From assembly GCF_963853765.1 (NCBI RefSeq), contig NC_088859.1, positions 19,158,001 to 19,222,000 on the forward strand: a stretch of 64,000 bases of DNA, given 5' to 3'. Source of the DNA: Magallana gigas (taxonomy: Eukaryota). Both the position numbers and the translations under genes were made by a program. The notes below the pieces were generated by a model. That model searched no databases and had not been told where the DNA came from. It worked only from the letters and a program-made list of their open reading frames with translations. Shown here in pieces: positions 37,668 to 49,376 of this stretch (position 1 is its first letter; each line of letters opens with the position of its first letter).

Positions 37668-40600
37668 CTAGAGTTACCAAACAGATTTATCAAAGACAAA
37701 ACATTGCTTACGTAGATGTCAAATGATCAAAAAATTAAACAACAAAATACTATATATGAGTTTTATGGATTATTGGTGATAATGGCCACGGCTGCTTGAT
37801 ATTAAAATGAATACAGAATACAAGGTGAACCCTGGGATCAGCTGTTCACCCGTAAAAAACTATACCTCATTCATTAATACTTTAACATATTATATAGACC
37901 ATTAAAAATCCATTTGAGCACTACTGGTAAGCTGAAATATTCGCTGGCAAGCTCAGCAGTTGTCCCCACAGATAAGGCAGCCGTGACGAATGGGGTCTAC
38001 TATTATGGTGGCAGCTTGATCCTGAAAAATTTAATCTGCAGAGCCAGAAAATACCGAACTATGAAATTGTATACAATTTAAATAATATAAAATCCAATAG
38101 GGCCACCGGATATATGAAGGGGAGAGGTGGGTGGGTCAAATTCAAAGCAGCGACTGATGGGTTGTTCTGCAGGGAGTCTGTAACGTCACAATTTCAAGCT
38201 AATATCCCAAAGTGCACGCGATGACCAGCTAATATGCGTAAAGGTCCCCAAGGGTTGGAGGGTTATCATTATGGTGAAAATATTTAGCTTTGATAAACCG
38301 ATTTAACCTTGACAAGTTAAATCCAATTATTTTTATTTGCAAAGTATTGTTTTGTACAGCTGTACTTGCACAGTTGATTAAAAACGGAAACACTCCAGAA
38401 AAAAATTGCTTAAAAATTACATTCCACAACAAGAGCAATTAAAACTCTTTAAAAATAGAATCAAAAACAAATTGGGCTACAGTGATTTTCCTCAAACTGT
38501 ATATCTCAATATTGTTGAAATAAACAGATAAATACAAAGATTATGAAAGGAGACGTTACTTAAGTTGGACATGCTTGATATATTCAGTCTACTTTTGGTT
38601 AGTAAAATGTAAACATAGCAGATATTATGAGAAAAAAAACGTTAGTTTATTATTACTCAGTATCTTGAACATACAAACTACCGAACAGGTGTTTCCTTTC
38701 TGCTGGTAAAAGGTTAAAGACAACTACACCAAAACTACAATTACTGACCAATAATCCCTGGCAGTCTTCAGAATTAATAGTTACTAGATGATATCCCACA
38801 CAAGCGCGGGAATTAACAAATTACACTTTAAAATAATACGACACTAACTATGAAGAACCAATTTTTTTTTCATTTTTGGAAATACTGAGTCCACAAATTT
38901 TCTTAATTGCTTTCTTGACTTATTCTTTGAAATCGAAATAAACAAAAATGCATGGCTGAATATTAAGATATGCGAACAGGGATGAAATATTTAAACTAAA
39001 ATGGATGACTATACATGCCGTATGTCTCTATTGCCACCGACCGTAAAAAACCAAACTCTTCTTATTTTATTTCAAACCACTGGATGGGTATTTCTTTTTC
39101 TAAATGATGTTTTTTAGGTCAAATTTCACAATAACTTTTATCATTTTTTTATCACTTTATCATTAATATGTCGTGTTAAAAAAGTATGAAAATATAAAAA
39201 CGCTAGTGTATGCATATTTATTTGAACATTTTAAACTTATGAAGTGTCTGCCCAATGGTTAACCTGTAAACTCGCCCTTCATTTTCCGCCGCTTGGTGTT
39301 TCATAGGACCGACGATATCCAAAAATAAGCATTCAATGCTTATATTTATATTCATACTGATGTCTGTTTGTATCAAATATATTAGTATCGTTGCTTCAGA
39401 GCCATTATATACGTTTCAGTCAGGGTTATGAAACATACATGGAACAGCAATATTAACACTTTTTTTTAGTTTGCTTCCGTGACTAAAAATATAGTGTCAG
39501 ATACTTTGTAGAGAAAAATCTTTTTTATCAAGAAGTAAAAATAATTTAATGATTAATTTTAAAAGTATATAACATATTGGTTAAGCAAAGTAAAACGTTT
39601 TATTAATCTTACAAAAATATGTAAACTCAAAACACGTGATGACGTTTATATCCATCTCATCGCGCATTAATTAGCAAAGTGTATTAATAAAAAATTGAAC
39701 GTCGCAGAATTCAAATGCAAACATAAGGGAAAATTTACACTGAAAGTAACTATGTTTCAATAATTATGTAACAGGTATAAAGCAGTTTTAGTTTACCGAC
39801 ATCATATCCTACGTGTTGAAATACTAAAGGTCTAAGCAGTTAATTACTCTGGTGTAGGCGTTTCGTAGTTTAATTGGCGAAATGTCTTAATTTATAAGTA
39901 TAAGTGTTACAATCAAAAAAACGTAAGATTTTCATATCGTATCCTACTTTGGTTTTTGTTAAAACAACTCTCTTAATATGTTTCTTTTCATTTCACCATT
40001 TAGCGGTTTTTATATTAAACGATAATATTCAGAACAGAGTAATCGTTCGTATTTAACCACATGTTGAGTGGTTGAAAATATAAACATTGCGTGGCTTAAT
40101 AAAATCATATCCATGTTTGATGCTTGTGGTGTGCAATACCATGTTTTAAAAAAAATAATGGATGTCTGTTTTGCATAAAAACTTTGTATATCGAGTCATT
40201 TTCAAGGAAGATTTTGCATAAAATAGTATAGTCTGTTTCACTATTGATGCTATTACTAGGTCAGGCGCGGATCGAAAACTAATCCTCAGGGAGGATATCT
40301 ACTTAGCATGTTAATTGTTGCAACAGCAGACAAAAACTATTTTTTGTATTTTTTTATTTATTTCTAGAACACATTTTATCCACCTATTAATGAAGATAAA
40401 GTTTAAAATCAATAAACCTCTAGATTTAATAATTGACTACTATGGTACCTATGGTAACTCATGACTTACAGATTCATAGTAAACCCTCTAACCTACTGCG
40501 CTACGCTGTTAGGTGACAATATTGGGAAAGAACCAACTTATTTAATTAATTACGGTACGTCTCGTTTAATTGTTTATTTTGATAAACAATACATCACAAC

Positions 40601-42084
40601 ATGGAAGTGTCCCGTACCACCTTAAGAAAGAACGTGACATACAAAAAAAGCAAAGGGTTGAAAACAGAATCTGAACGAAGATGTAACGTTAAACAATAAT
40701 TCTTACGAACCCCTATAGATTGAAACAAAAACTTGTCTGGCGGAGGATGGATCTGAAAAATTTGGCCAGATTAGGCAACACCCGGTTTGGAGGACATTGT
40801 TGCAAATTAATTGTAGTATTTAATGCAGTAGGTCTTGATCGTCTTTTCTTGCAACATTTTTAGTTTTTCTGAAATATATTAGACATTGGTCGTGATTACG
40901 GTGCCGATTTTTATTTTTATTTTTGAATTGGAAAACAATTATTGCTAACGGAAAACGTAAAGTACTTTAAAAAATAAAAATTTCGAAATTATTAATAAAT
41001 TTTCAAACACCCGATTAACCTGAGAAATTAGACACGAGACAAGTGCCTGAATAATTGGGTCGAAGTATTATACACAACCACAACTTTTGATATTACTTTG
41101 GCAGAAAAAAATTGCGAATCTATACTTTTGATATAACTTTGGCAGAAAAATGCGAATTTATCCATCACAAGGCTTAATGGTATAAATGAAATGAGATACT
41201 ATTTTGAATTAACATGTATATTCACATTTGTTTTCTTGGATTACGGATGATAACAGCAGTCTGTTCTTTTAATCGTTTTAATCACTTTACAGAATTGACA
41301 AGATCCGGATTGCACAACATTTTTTAAACATAACATGATTGCAAAATATCTGACTTTTTAGCCCTTTTAACGATTGTGATATTTTACATGCCAGGGAAAG
41401 CGTCAGAACCGGGGCTATTATGAAAACTGGAATTTCACCTCCTCCAACTTGATATCTTTAATGATTTAAGTGAGCAGTTCCTGTTTTTGAAAAAAGGGAA
41501 GAGTTTAATACAAAGATAGAAACATATACTTAGGAATCACAAAAATACCGGAAAGATCCGTTTATTTTTGGTAGGGTTCACACTCGTAATTGTATACACT
41601 AAGGAAATCATGTGGGTATACATGTATATCACAAGTTATTTACGACAAGTCAACAGGTGGCTGATAACTAAATGGCGAGAACTGTTTCGGTGCATGGAAC
41701 AATTGATCAATATTCAAATACACCGGAATTTAAAAAAACTTTAAGAATGGAGCATTTTGACAGAATAAAATGTAACTCTGTAAGTGTAATAATACAACGC
41801 GCATTACAAACGATATAGGCAGTGTTGCATCCGTGGTATCTAGAATCACGGCCAGAAAAAAAATTAGGGTGAGATATAATACAGGACCCCAACTTTTAAT
41901 TTAATTTTGGCTGAAGAAAAAGCGTATTTATTTATAACAAGGCTTACCAGTATAAACTGAAATGAGTTGCTAGTTTGGGTTTAAATTCACAGTTGTTTAA
42001 ACAATAGCAAGGACAGTAAAATTGATCGATAATTGAGCAGTAATTACCCCGCATAAGGCCGATCGATAAGTGGCCGGATGACGG

Positions 42085-42152
42085 TAGCTGAAGGTCTGTA
42101 GCACCCGGTCTGAAAAAATTCGGACAGACCAGGAGCTACAGATCTGCAGCTA
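42085..42152. mobile_element. 68-bp TAG...CTA hairpin element (second copy 51086-51153)
   Basis: tagctgaaggtctgtagc / gctacagatctgcagcta arms. Absent from the third repeat unit near 50610-50625. Confidence 0.6.
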
Positions 42153-42242
42153 GGGTTATGGGAGTTAACTCTTACTAATTACATTTGTATAAGCAGTCAG
42201 TTCTTTTCATCGCGGCCAGTTTACAGAATAGACAAGATCCGG

Positions 42243-45200
42243 TGTTATATAGTGCCTTTTCCCCCTAGCCATCTTTCCCCCCGATAAAATGGCTATATAG
42301 CAGTTTTTCCCCCGGAAAAATGGCTATATAGCAGTTTTTCCCCCACGGAAAGCTGACTATATAGTGGATTTTCCCCCTTTTTATAGCCAGAATACCCCCA
42401 CGGAAAACCTACTATATAGTAGATTTCCCCCCTTTTTTAAAATTCCGGTCATGTTAATGGCGGACCATTCGTGGCAATAATTTGCAATAACTAATATGAT
42501 TTTAATTTTTCATAATAAAGGATAATTATGGCGTTTATTAATACATAGAATAAAATACATGGTTTTTTCACCCCTGATATGAACAAAGGCACACGCCTTC
42601 ATAACATGTCTGTGTCATCACCATTTATTTCACCTTTTGTTACACCTTTTTGGAACACCTTTTACACGGATTTCGGAATACCTCGAATCTTTTTTATCTA
42701 TAATCGATGCTTATCTACAGTTTTGACTTCGACGTTATGACATTGACATTTTTCACAGAACACGTCAGAAAACATTTGAGTTAAAATATGCCGGTTTGGA
42801 ACTCTAATTTTCCCATGTATCATCATCTATGTATGAGCTCCTCCCAGGAAACTAACTGACCAATCTTTACTTAATTTTGTAGAGGAAGGGAATAAGAATA
42901 AATTGATACTGTTAGAAATGACGATCTTAAATATAATCGTATATTTGTACTTCTAAATATCAAACGAGAGAAAGGGTGCAATGATATGATGAGAAACTGA
43001 AATGTTTTACTTCGATTGATGGGGTTCTAAATCATGGGTAAAGGGTATTATAATAAATAATGTATTAAAGGCATGTGTAAAGTTAGTATTTACAATTTTG
43101 AGCGTCTCGGAGAAAGTCATGCAATATTACCAAAATCGTCCAGCGTACATCTTAGATATTTTAAAAAGTGTTTAAAACTGAAAGATTACACAGAATGAAC
43201 CTCTGCCATTCAGTCAACTGAATGATAACTGAATGGTCTGGAAAGGTGACTGAATGGCATAGCTATACCATTCAGCCACATTTCAGTTACCTATCAGTCA
43301 CCTTTCAGTTAACTGAATGGCAGAGATTCATCCTGTGTTATCCCATTAAAGTCCAAATTTTGAATTCAATTGCTTGCTGGTGTCGTTCTATTTTTAGCTG
43401 TGACCTAATTTGAATAATGGGCCAAATATGGATTAAAAACCAAGAAAAATTATGGAAACAATGCAGTTTGAGCACTAAGAAAAGAAAATAATAGAAAATT
43501 TCTCACAGTTGTTTTATTATATATGTTACTTTAAACTTCATTTTTCATAATACCAATTTAAATAATTAAAAACTGCCCATAGAACCATGAAATAGAGATT
43601 TTGAAAACTAGCATTTTGCCAATTTTGCTACATGTATAAAAATAAACAACTTTGATAGAGGTATAAATACACCTGTAAACGCCTGCATCTTCAAAATTTA
43701 TCATGATTTTTTAAGACGAAGGCATAAGTGTAAATTTCTCAAAAATCCACTTTTGGACTCTCAAAGAATAACACGCAATGATAATATATTGACTGATACA
43801 TTCCATCAAAATAAGCATATTCTAGCACATTATTAAATATATTTATATTTCAAAAAATAAGTTATTAAATGGATTTTGAAAGAATGAATTAATTCAAAAT
43901 TGATATTTTCTTGTCATAAATATTTGTTATATTGATATTATTGCTCTCCAAACCTGTAAATTAATTTTTGGCTGTGAAATATGATTTGTAAGATTTATCT
44001 CCCCTTTGATACAATCTCTAGGCAGAGGAGGTTAAAAAAGTGAAGAGACGCCAAATGGAGGTCACATTGAAAACATAATTTATGACAATGGGGTGAAAAG
44101 AAGTTATTTGATCATTATGACCTTATCATTTTCCATCAGAAGGAACCATGAGATTATTTTAATTTAGCTTGACCTATCTGTTCATGAAAATGGGTGAAAA
44201 CACATTAGGTTTAGTCAACCATGACAAAAACATATTGGCAAATTTTATGGCATATTAATACTATGTTGCACACCAAAATTGATATCGATACATCAACAAT
44301 GCTTGTGGACTGTTTTGCGTGACTTTCTCTGAGACGCTCACGCATATTCATATTCATGTCTTTAAGCACATTTTTACGAAACGCGAGGTGTTATGATGTA
44401 AACATTTTTTTTAATGTAACTTTACAACCAATCGGTATCTTTGCTGGTTACTTTGGAAAATGTTAAATGGAGCCTGAACTAACCTTATTTATATATTATC
44501 ATTCATCGGGTGCTAATTTTTCCGCTTTTTATTTTGCAACATGATTTATAAATATATTGAAAACGATGCCATATGAAAAAAAGATGTACGATTCACTTAC
44601 CTAAAAATCGTATCACACTATTCATTTCATATTTTTGCAATAAAGATTTACTTGTATATCATATTATTTCTTCGAATAATGAAACAAGGGTAATTCAAAA
44701 TTAAAACTAACACATTTTTTGTGATGAGCTGACTTTTTTTTTTTAATATAAGCTTGTTCTTCTAATCAATTGGCAAGTAAAAAAAGCCGTATATCAAGTG
44801 TGCTTTTGTTGGTTATTTATTTTTTTATTTTTTATTTATGAATTAAAATTTATTCATCTATTTATTTAGTTATTTATTATATCATTAGTCATCTTATGAA
44901 TTGATAAAATGTTTTGAAGAATAATGATTTTACCCGCGTACCTTTTTTTAAAAATATTTTTGTTCGTGATCAATTTAAAAAAAAAAGCAGAATTAAGCGT
45001 AAATTCTAACCATTTTGATAAGGAAATATATAAGTGAGTGTGTATTGCACAAACAGACAGACGGAGTGATAGATTTATTAAAATATTCTCAAAACATTTT
45101 TCACTTAAAAATTAAGAACACAGAACTATGCATATACATGTAAGTGTAATTCTTGTGAAACCATGTACTTTTTTCAATTAATTATCTAAATTAATTAAGT

Positions 45201-45498
45201 TCTACGTATTATTCCATTACACACACGTTCAATTTTCGGCATTGTCTATAAAAATAATAAATCGGCAAAACGAAACTTAACCTGTACAGATGAATGCAGA
45301 TACAGCCTTGGAGTGTAGAAACATTGATTTTAATCCTTACTGGGTTTCCATAAATATTTTGTATAAGCGTGAGGGAGAAACCTTACTATGGGGGAAAAGC
45401 TACTATATAGTAGCTTTTCCCCTCCAGGGGGAAAGGCTACTATAAAGTAGGTTTTCCGGGGGGAGAAGCTACTATGGGGGAAAAACTGCTATACAACA
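42243..45498. mobile_element. 3256-bp non-autonomous TIR DNA transposon with CCGG TSD (Ginger-like)
   Basis: Termini TGTTATATAG../..CTATACAACA, CCGG at 42239-42242 and 45499-45502, subterminal repeats tatatagcagtttttccccc. Empty site gatCCGGattgc at about 50675. Confidence 0.85.
43189..43337. mobile_element. 149-bp MITE nested in the CCGG element, TTA TSD
   Basis: About 34-bp TIR cacagaatgaacctctgccattcagtcaactgaa / ttcagttaactgaatggcagagattcatcctgtg. Confidence 0.8.
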
Positions 45499-47269
45499 CC
45501 GGATTGCAAAACATTTTTTAAACATAAAAAAATAAGTAAATGTCAAAAGACATGCCGGAATCCACAACATCTGGATTCAACAAGTTTTACTGTACATGTA
45601 ATCTTAAGAAATAACACGATAAAATGAAATGAAATAAATATCTGCGGATTTAATTCGAAATTCTTTACTCAGATGAAATTAAATATGTACAAATAGGACA
45701 TTACTTATTACCGTTGAAGAAATGGTCTCGCTTTTAACAGTTTATAATTCGAAAGTCTAATATGTTAGAAGTAGTTTCACGGTATGGCAGACATGTTTAC
45801 CTCAGTCTTAACAAGACACCATTCAATCTTAACTAGACATCATGAAGATGAATACACTCTTAAAGAGTCTCGCTTTTCTGTTTAAAAAATTGGATGAAAC
45901 GCATTTTAGAGGATTTTGCTTTGATCTTTGTTTATTACTTAGAAACTTTAAAGTTGCCATAGAAATTCAATTCCAGGTTATTACCTCTGACCAACAGGCA
46001 TTTATGGTTTGATATGAGCAACATTGAGCGAATGAGAAATAATTGATGGTCGACAAATGGATTGTAAAATGATCGGCTATGACCTATACGAAAGACCTTG
46101 AAACTTGTTTCAAAGTCATTGCCAACCCCTTGCCCTAAAGCGTTATGAATGTGGAGCATGAGCCAGATAAGTCTATAAAGAGAGGATACATGCTCTGAAT
46201 TTTTTTAGTGTGTGATATGATATGACCTTTTACCAAGAACGTTATTCGATAGTATTGCACACCATTTTACAAAAGAGGCTCTGTAGGTGAAGTGAGATTG
46301 AACAACAGAGAGAAGATTTATGTCCCAGACAAAGATTTTTAGATAATTTCGTTATGACTTTAATTTGATTAAGACTTAGAAAACTTTGCTTAAGAGGGCC
46401 CCATCTTAATGGCCATTTTTAGACTATATTGAACTAATAAAGAAAATCTCTAGGAAAAGACATATAAAACATATGATAGGGCTAAGAGAAAGTAAGTTTT
46501 CCCTGAAAAGATCTTTGCGTGGTCGGATATAACATTGATGTTTGACCAAGAAAACTCATTCAAGATCACTTAACACCATTTGACCAATTGGACTCTGTGG
46601 GTAAAGTATATGCCAGATTGGACCAAAGACAGAGAATGTTGATACGGGCAAAACAAAGATAATTATGTTTAGAAATTTGGTTCAGGATCATTTTAACTTC
46701 TGAACACAGTTTATACATGTATGTACATGTTTTAGTATTTTAACATAATCTCTAAAAATTGCCTTCAATATGTTATGGATTTCTTTCATTACAATATAAC
46801 AAATATTTATTATATAAATTTAAATCATACCTAAAATTGCTCCCATATTCAACTATTTGTGTAGATGATGTTTCAGGGAATTATGCTGCTTTAACTATAC
46901 TGTTTACCTCCGTCAAGCCTTCTTCCAAAGCTTGAAGGAATTTTTACACAGTCTCCTCCTTATACATGAACTACTACATGTCATTATCGATGAACAAGTA
47001 CATGACACATGATTAAACAGATTTAAAAAAATGAAGGTCAAAGAGGGCTATGTTTAGATTACTTGGGTACTTTAAATACAGTTAATGTGTTACATTAGAT
47101 TCACTTTACCTGGAAATAGTTTCTCAAATCAGTAGAAAATTACTTGATTATGATAGATATCATGTTAGATAAGAAATTTGTGTCATATATGCGAAAAAAC
47201 ATGCAAAATATTTTGGATTAAAAATTACATTTTCGAAATTTTAATTCAGTAAATGGGAACAAAAAACAC

Positions 47270-47338
47270 CAGGTAGATTCAAACTTCTCATGAACTGCGG
47301 TTGACAAGCTCGCTACATTAACCACTAAACTATGGCGT
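47270..47338 (-). mobile_element. tRNA-like segment (paralog about 52802-52870)
   Basis: Minus strand has tagtttagtggtt and gtttgaatc boxes (gttcgaatcc in the paralog), then a T-rich run. Confidence 0.35.
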
Positions 47339-48060
47339 TGTCGACACAATCGATTAGTAAAACAATCTAACAAAACATTTACATTGCCATCTTGTGAGGT
47401 AGTGACTTGAATAAAAATAAAGTCTCGGTGTAGTGAGATATCATAAAGGTCTTTTTGATTGACAAAACACAAATTATGTATTTTGTACAGTAAATATTTA
47501 AGTCAAAGTGAGAAATATTCATTTTTAACACATGTTCCGTTAAATGTACGTCTTCTATTTCAACATTCATAATAAATCAAAGCTGATATATAGACATTAA
47601 TTCTCTGATGACGCATTGACGCTACACAATTGTTAAGGTCAACAAATCTCGTCCGTTCACCTTGCTTAATGGGGAAATTTTGGGCTGCAAAGGTCGTAAT
47701 ATATTAATGATTGTATTTCGTACAAAATAATCATTTCAATTTTGGAATGTGACCTTGGATATTGATTGTCAAAAAGTTCATTGAAAATTATGTTGCACAA
47801 GGAATACAACTGTTTATACTTGTGCGAGTTTATTACCATAATGTATTGAATTGTTAAGGAAGTTTTTTGTTTTTGTTTTTTTACATCCATTTATCAATTT
47901 GTTTGATTAAAATCTTCGACTGTTCGCAGAGCTACTTCTATTTGTTTATTTGCTTCGACAAACAGCGCTGATCATAACTGTACACTTCCGTTCCTACACT
48001 GTGCATGTGGTATATTCGTTTTTATAGAAGGAATCGTAGAATCAGTGGATCGGTATATAA

Positions 48061-48335
48061 AGTTCCTTCCGTGATTTTGTCTTAAAGTTTTTGACTTAAT
48101 CTTTATAAGACACTTTAAACGTTTAGATAAAGTTCCTTCCATTATCTTGTCTTAAGGTTTCTGACACCATCTTTATCAAACATTTTAAACACTTAGATAG
48201 AGAGTTCCTTCCATGATCTTGTCTTAAAATTTTCGACTTCATCTTTATCAGACAATTTAAACATTTAAAAATAGTTTCTTATGTGATCTTGTCTTAAAAT
48301 TTTGACACTTTATCTCTATCGGACACTTTAAATAT
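48061..48335. repeat. Minisatellite, 4 copies of about 70 bp
   Basis: Units begin agttccttcc..gatcttgtcttaa at about 48062, 48131, 48203 and 48273. Confidence 0.85.
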
Positions 48336-48361
48336 TTTGTTCAGGCATCATTTATTTGAAG

Positions 48362-48367
<6 letters not shown>

Positions 48368-48406
<39 letters not shown>

Positions 48407-48412
48407 AGAGAG
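48368..48412. repeat. (GA)n microsatellite; a (CT)n tract follows at 48686-48760
   Basis: Seen directly in the sequence. Confidence 0.95.
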
Positions 48413-48681
48413 ATTTCATTTGTTTTAAAGTAATGCACATTGTAATAGAATCCAACAAAGCAGGTTCAGTCCACGTACTACACCTGTCAATCGAATCAGC
48501 CCGCGAGCTGCACCATGTGCTCTTTCCGTGATAATTTTTTTCAAGACCGAAGAAAATATATATTTATATGTTTAACAATAAAGTATTTTATAGTGTTTTT
48601 AATGTATAATATGATTCTTACACACTCTATGTGTGAAAGTTGACATACTACGTTGTTTAAGCAGAAAACTACACGTGTAAA

Positions 48682-48744
<63 letters not shown>

Positions 48745-49376
48745 TTCTCTCTCTCTCTCTTTTAATTGAGATTGCTTATTCAATTTTCAGAGAGCCGAAG
48801 ACCCTCCTCCCCCTTTCCCCCTATCTTCTTCAAGTTCATTGTTTATGCATTTAAAATTAAGACTTGTTATCAGAAAGATTATTAAAGCTTTTGCTTCCTG
48901 TACTTTAGTGTATACCAATGGAAGCCGTAAGGTACTTGTAATTACATGTGACTGACTAACTGCACCTTGGAATAGTGTCTAAATCAACAGAAATGGTCTT
49001 GATTAGAAATGATGCAATGTGGCATAATGTATCAGAAGTATATACATGTAAGTCATATAGGCGAAAATATAAACAATTGTGTATTTAAACACTTATAATT
49101 TAAAAGTTTAATGAAATTGAAATGAAACGCATGCAAATTTAAACTTGTTATCTGCGGTTCACAAGCCCGAAACTCATGCACAGATACCGGTATGTTTTAC
49201 AACACAGGTATACTTAAAATTTCGACGTCTTGATAAAAAGGGAACAGTTTTCAGTATACATTTCATGATATATAAGTTATATACCATTGGCTTTGATCAA
49301 TTCAAGGCTTTTTAAAATGTTTGATGCTGTGCATATTTGAAACACGGCAAATTTCGGCCAATAACGTCCCTTGTTC

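Larger units (their letters stand above)
38890..47700. repeat. Internal segmental duplication, copy 1 (with insertions)
   Basis: 38890-39930, 41270-41610, 41990-42240 and 45500-47700 match 49377-53310 colinearly at about 85%. Confidence 0.85.

Noticed and set aside
37950-38260. GC-richer segment unique to unit B between the PTP relics
   Set aside because: Six-frame reading gave no recognisable motif.
47270-47338. tRNA-like sequences (also 12037-12115 and 52802-52870) as real tRNA genes
   Set aside because: Only A/B-box-like motifs are present, with no consistent acceptor or anticodon stems, and they are embedded in repeats.
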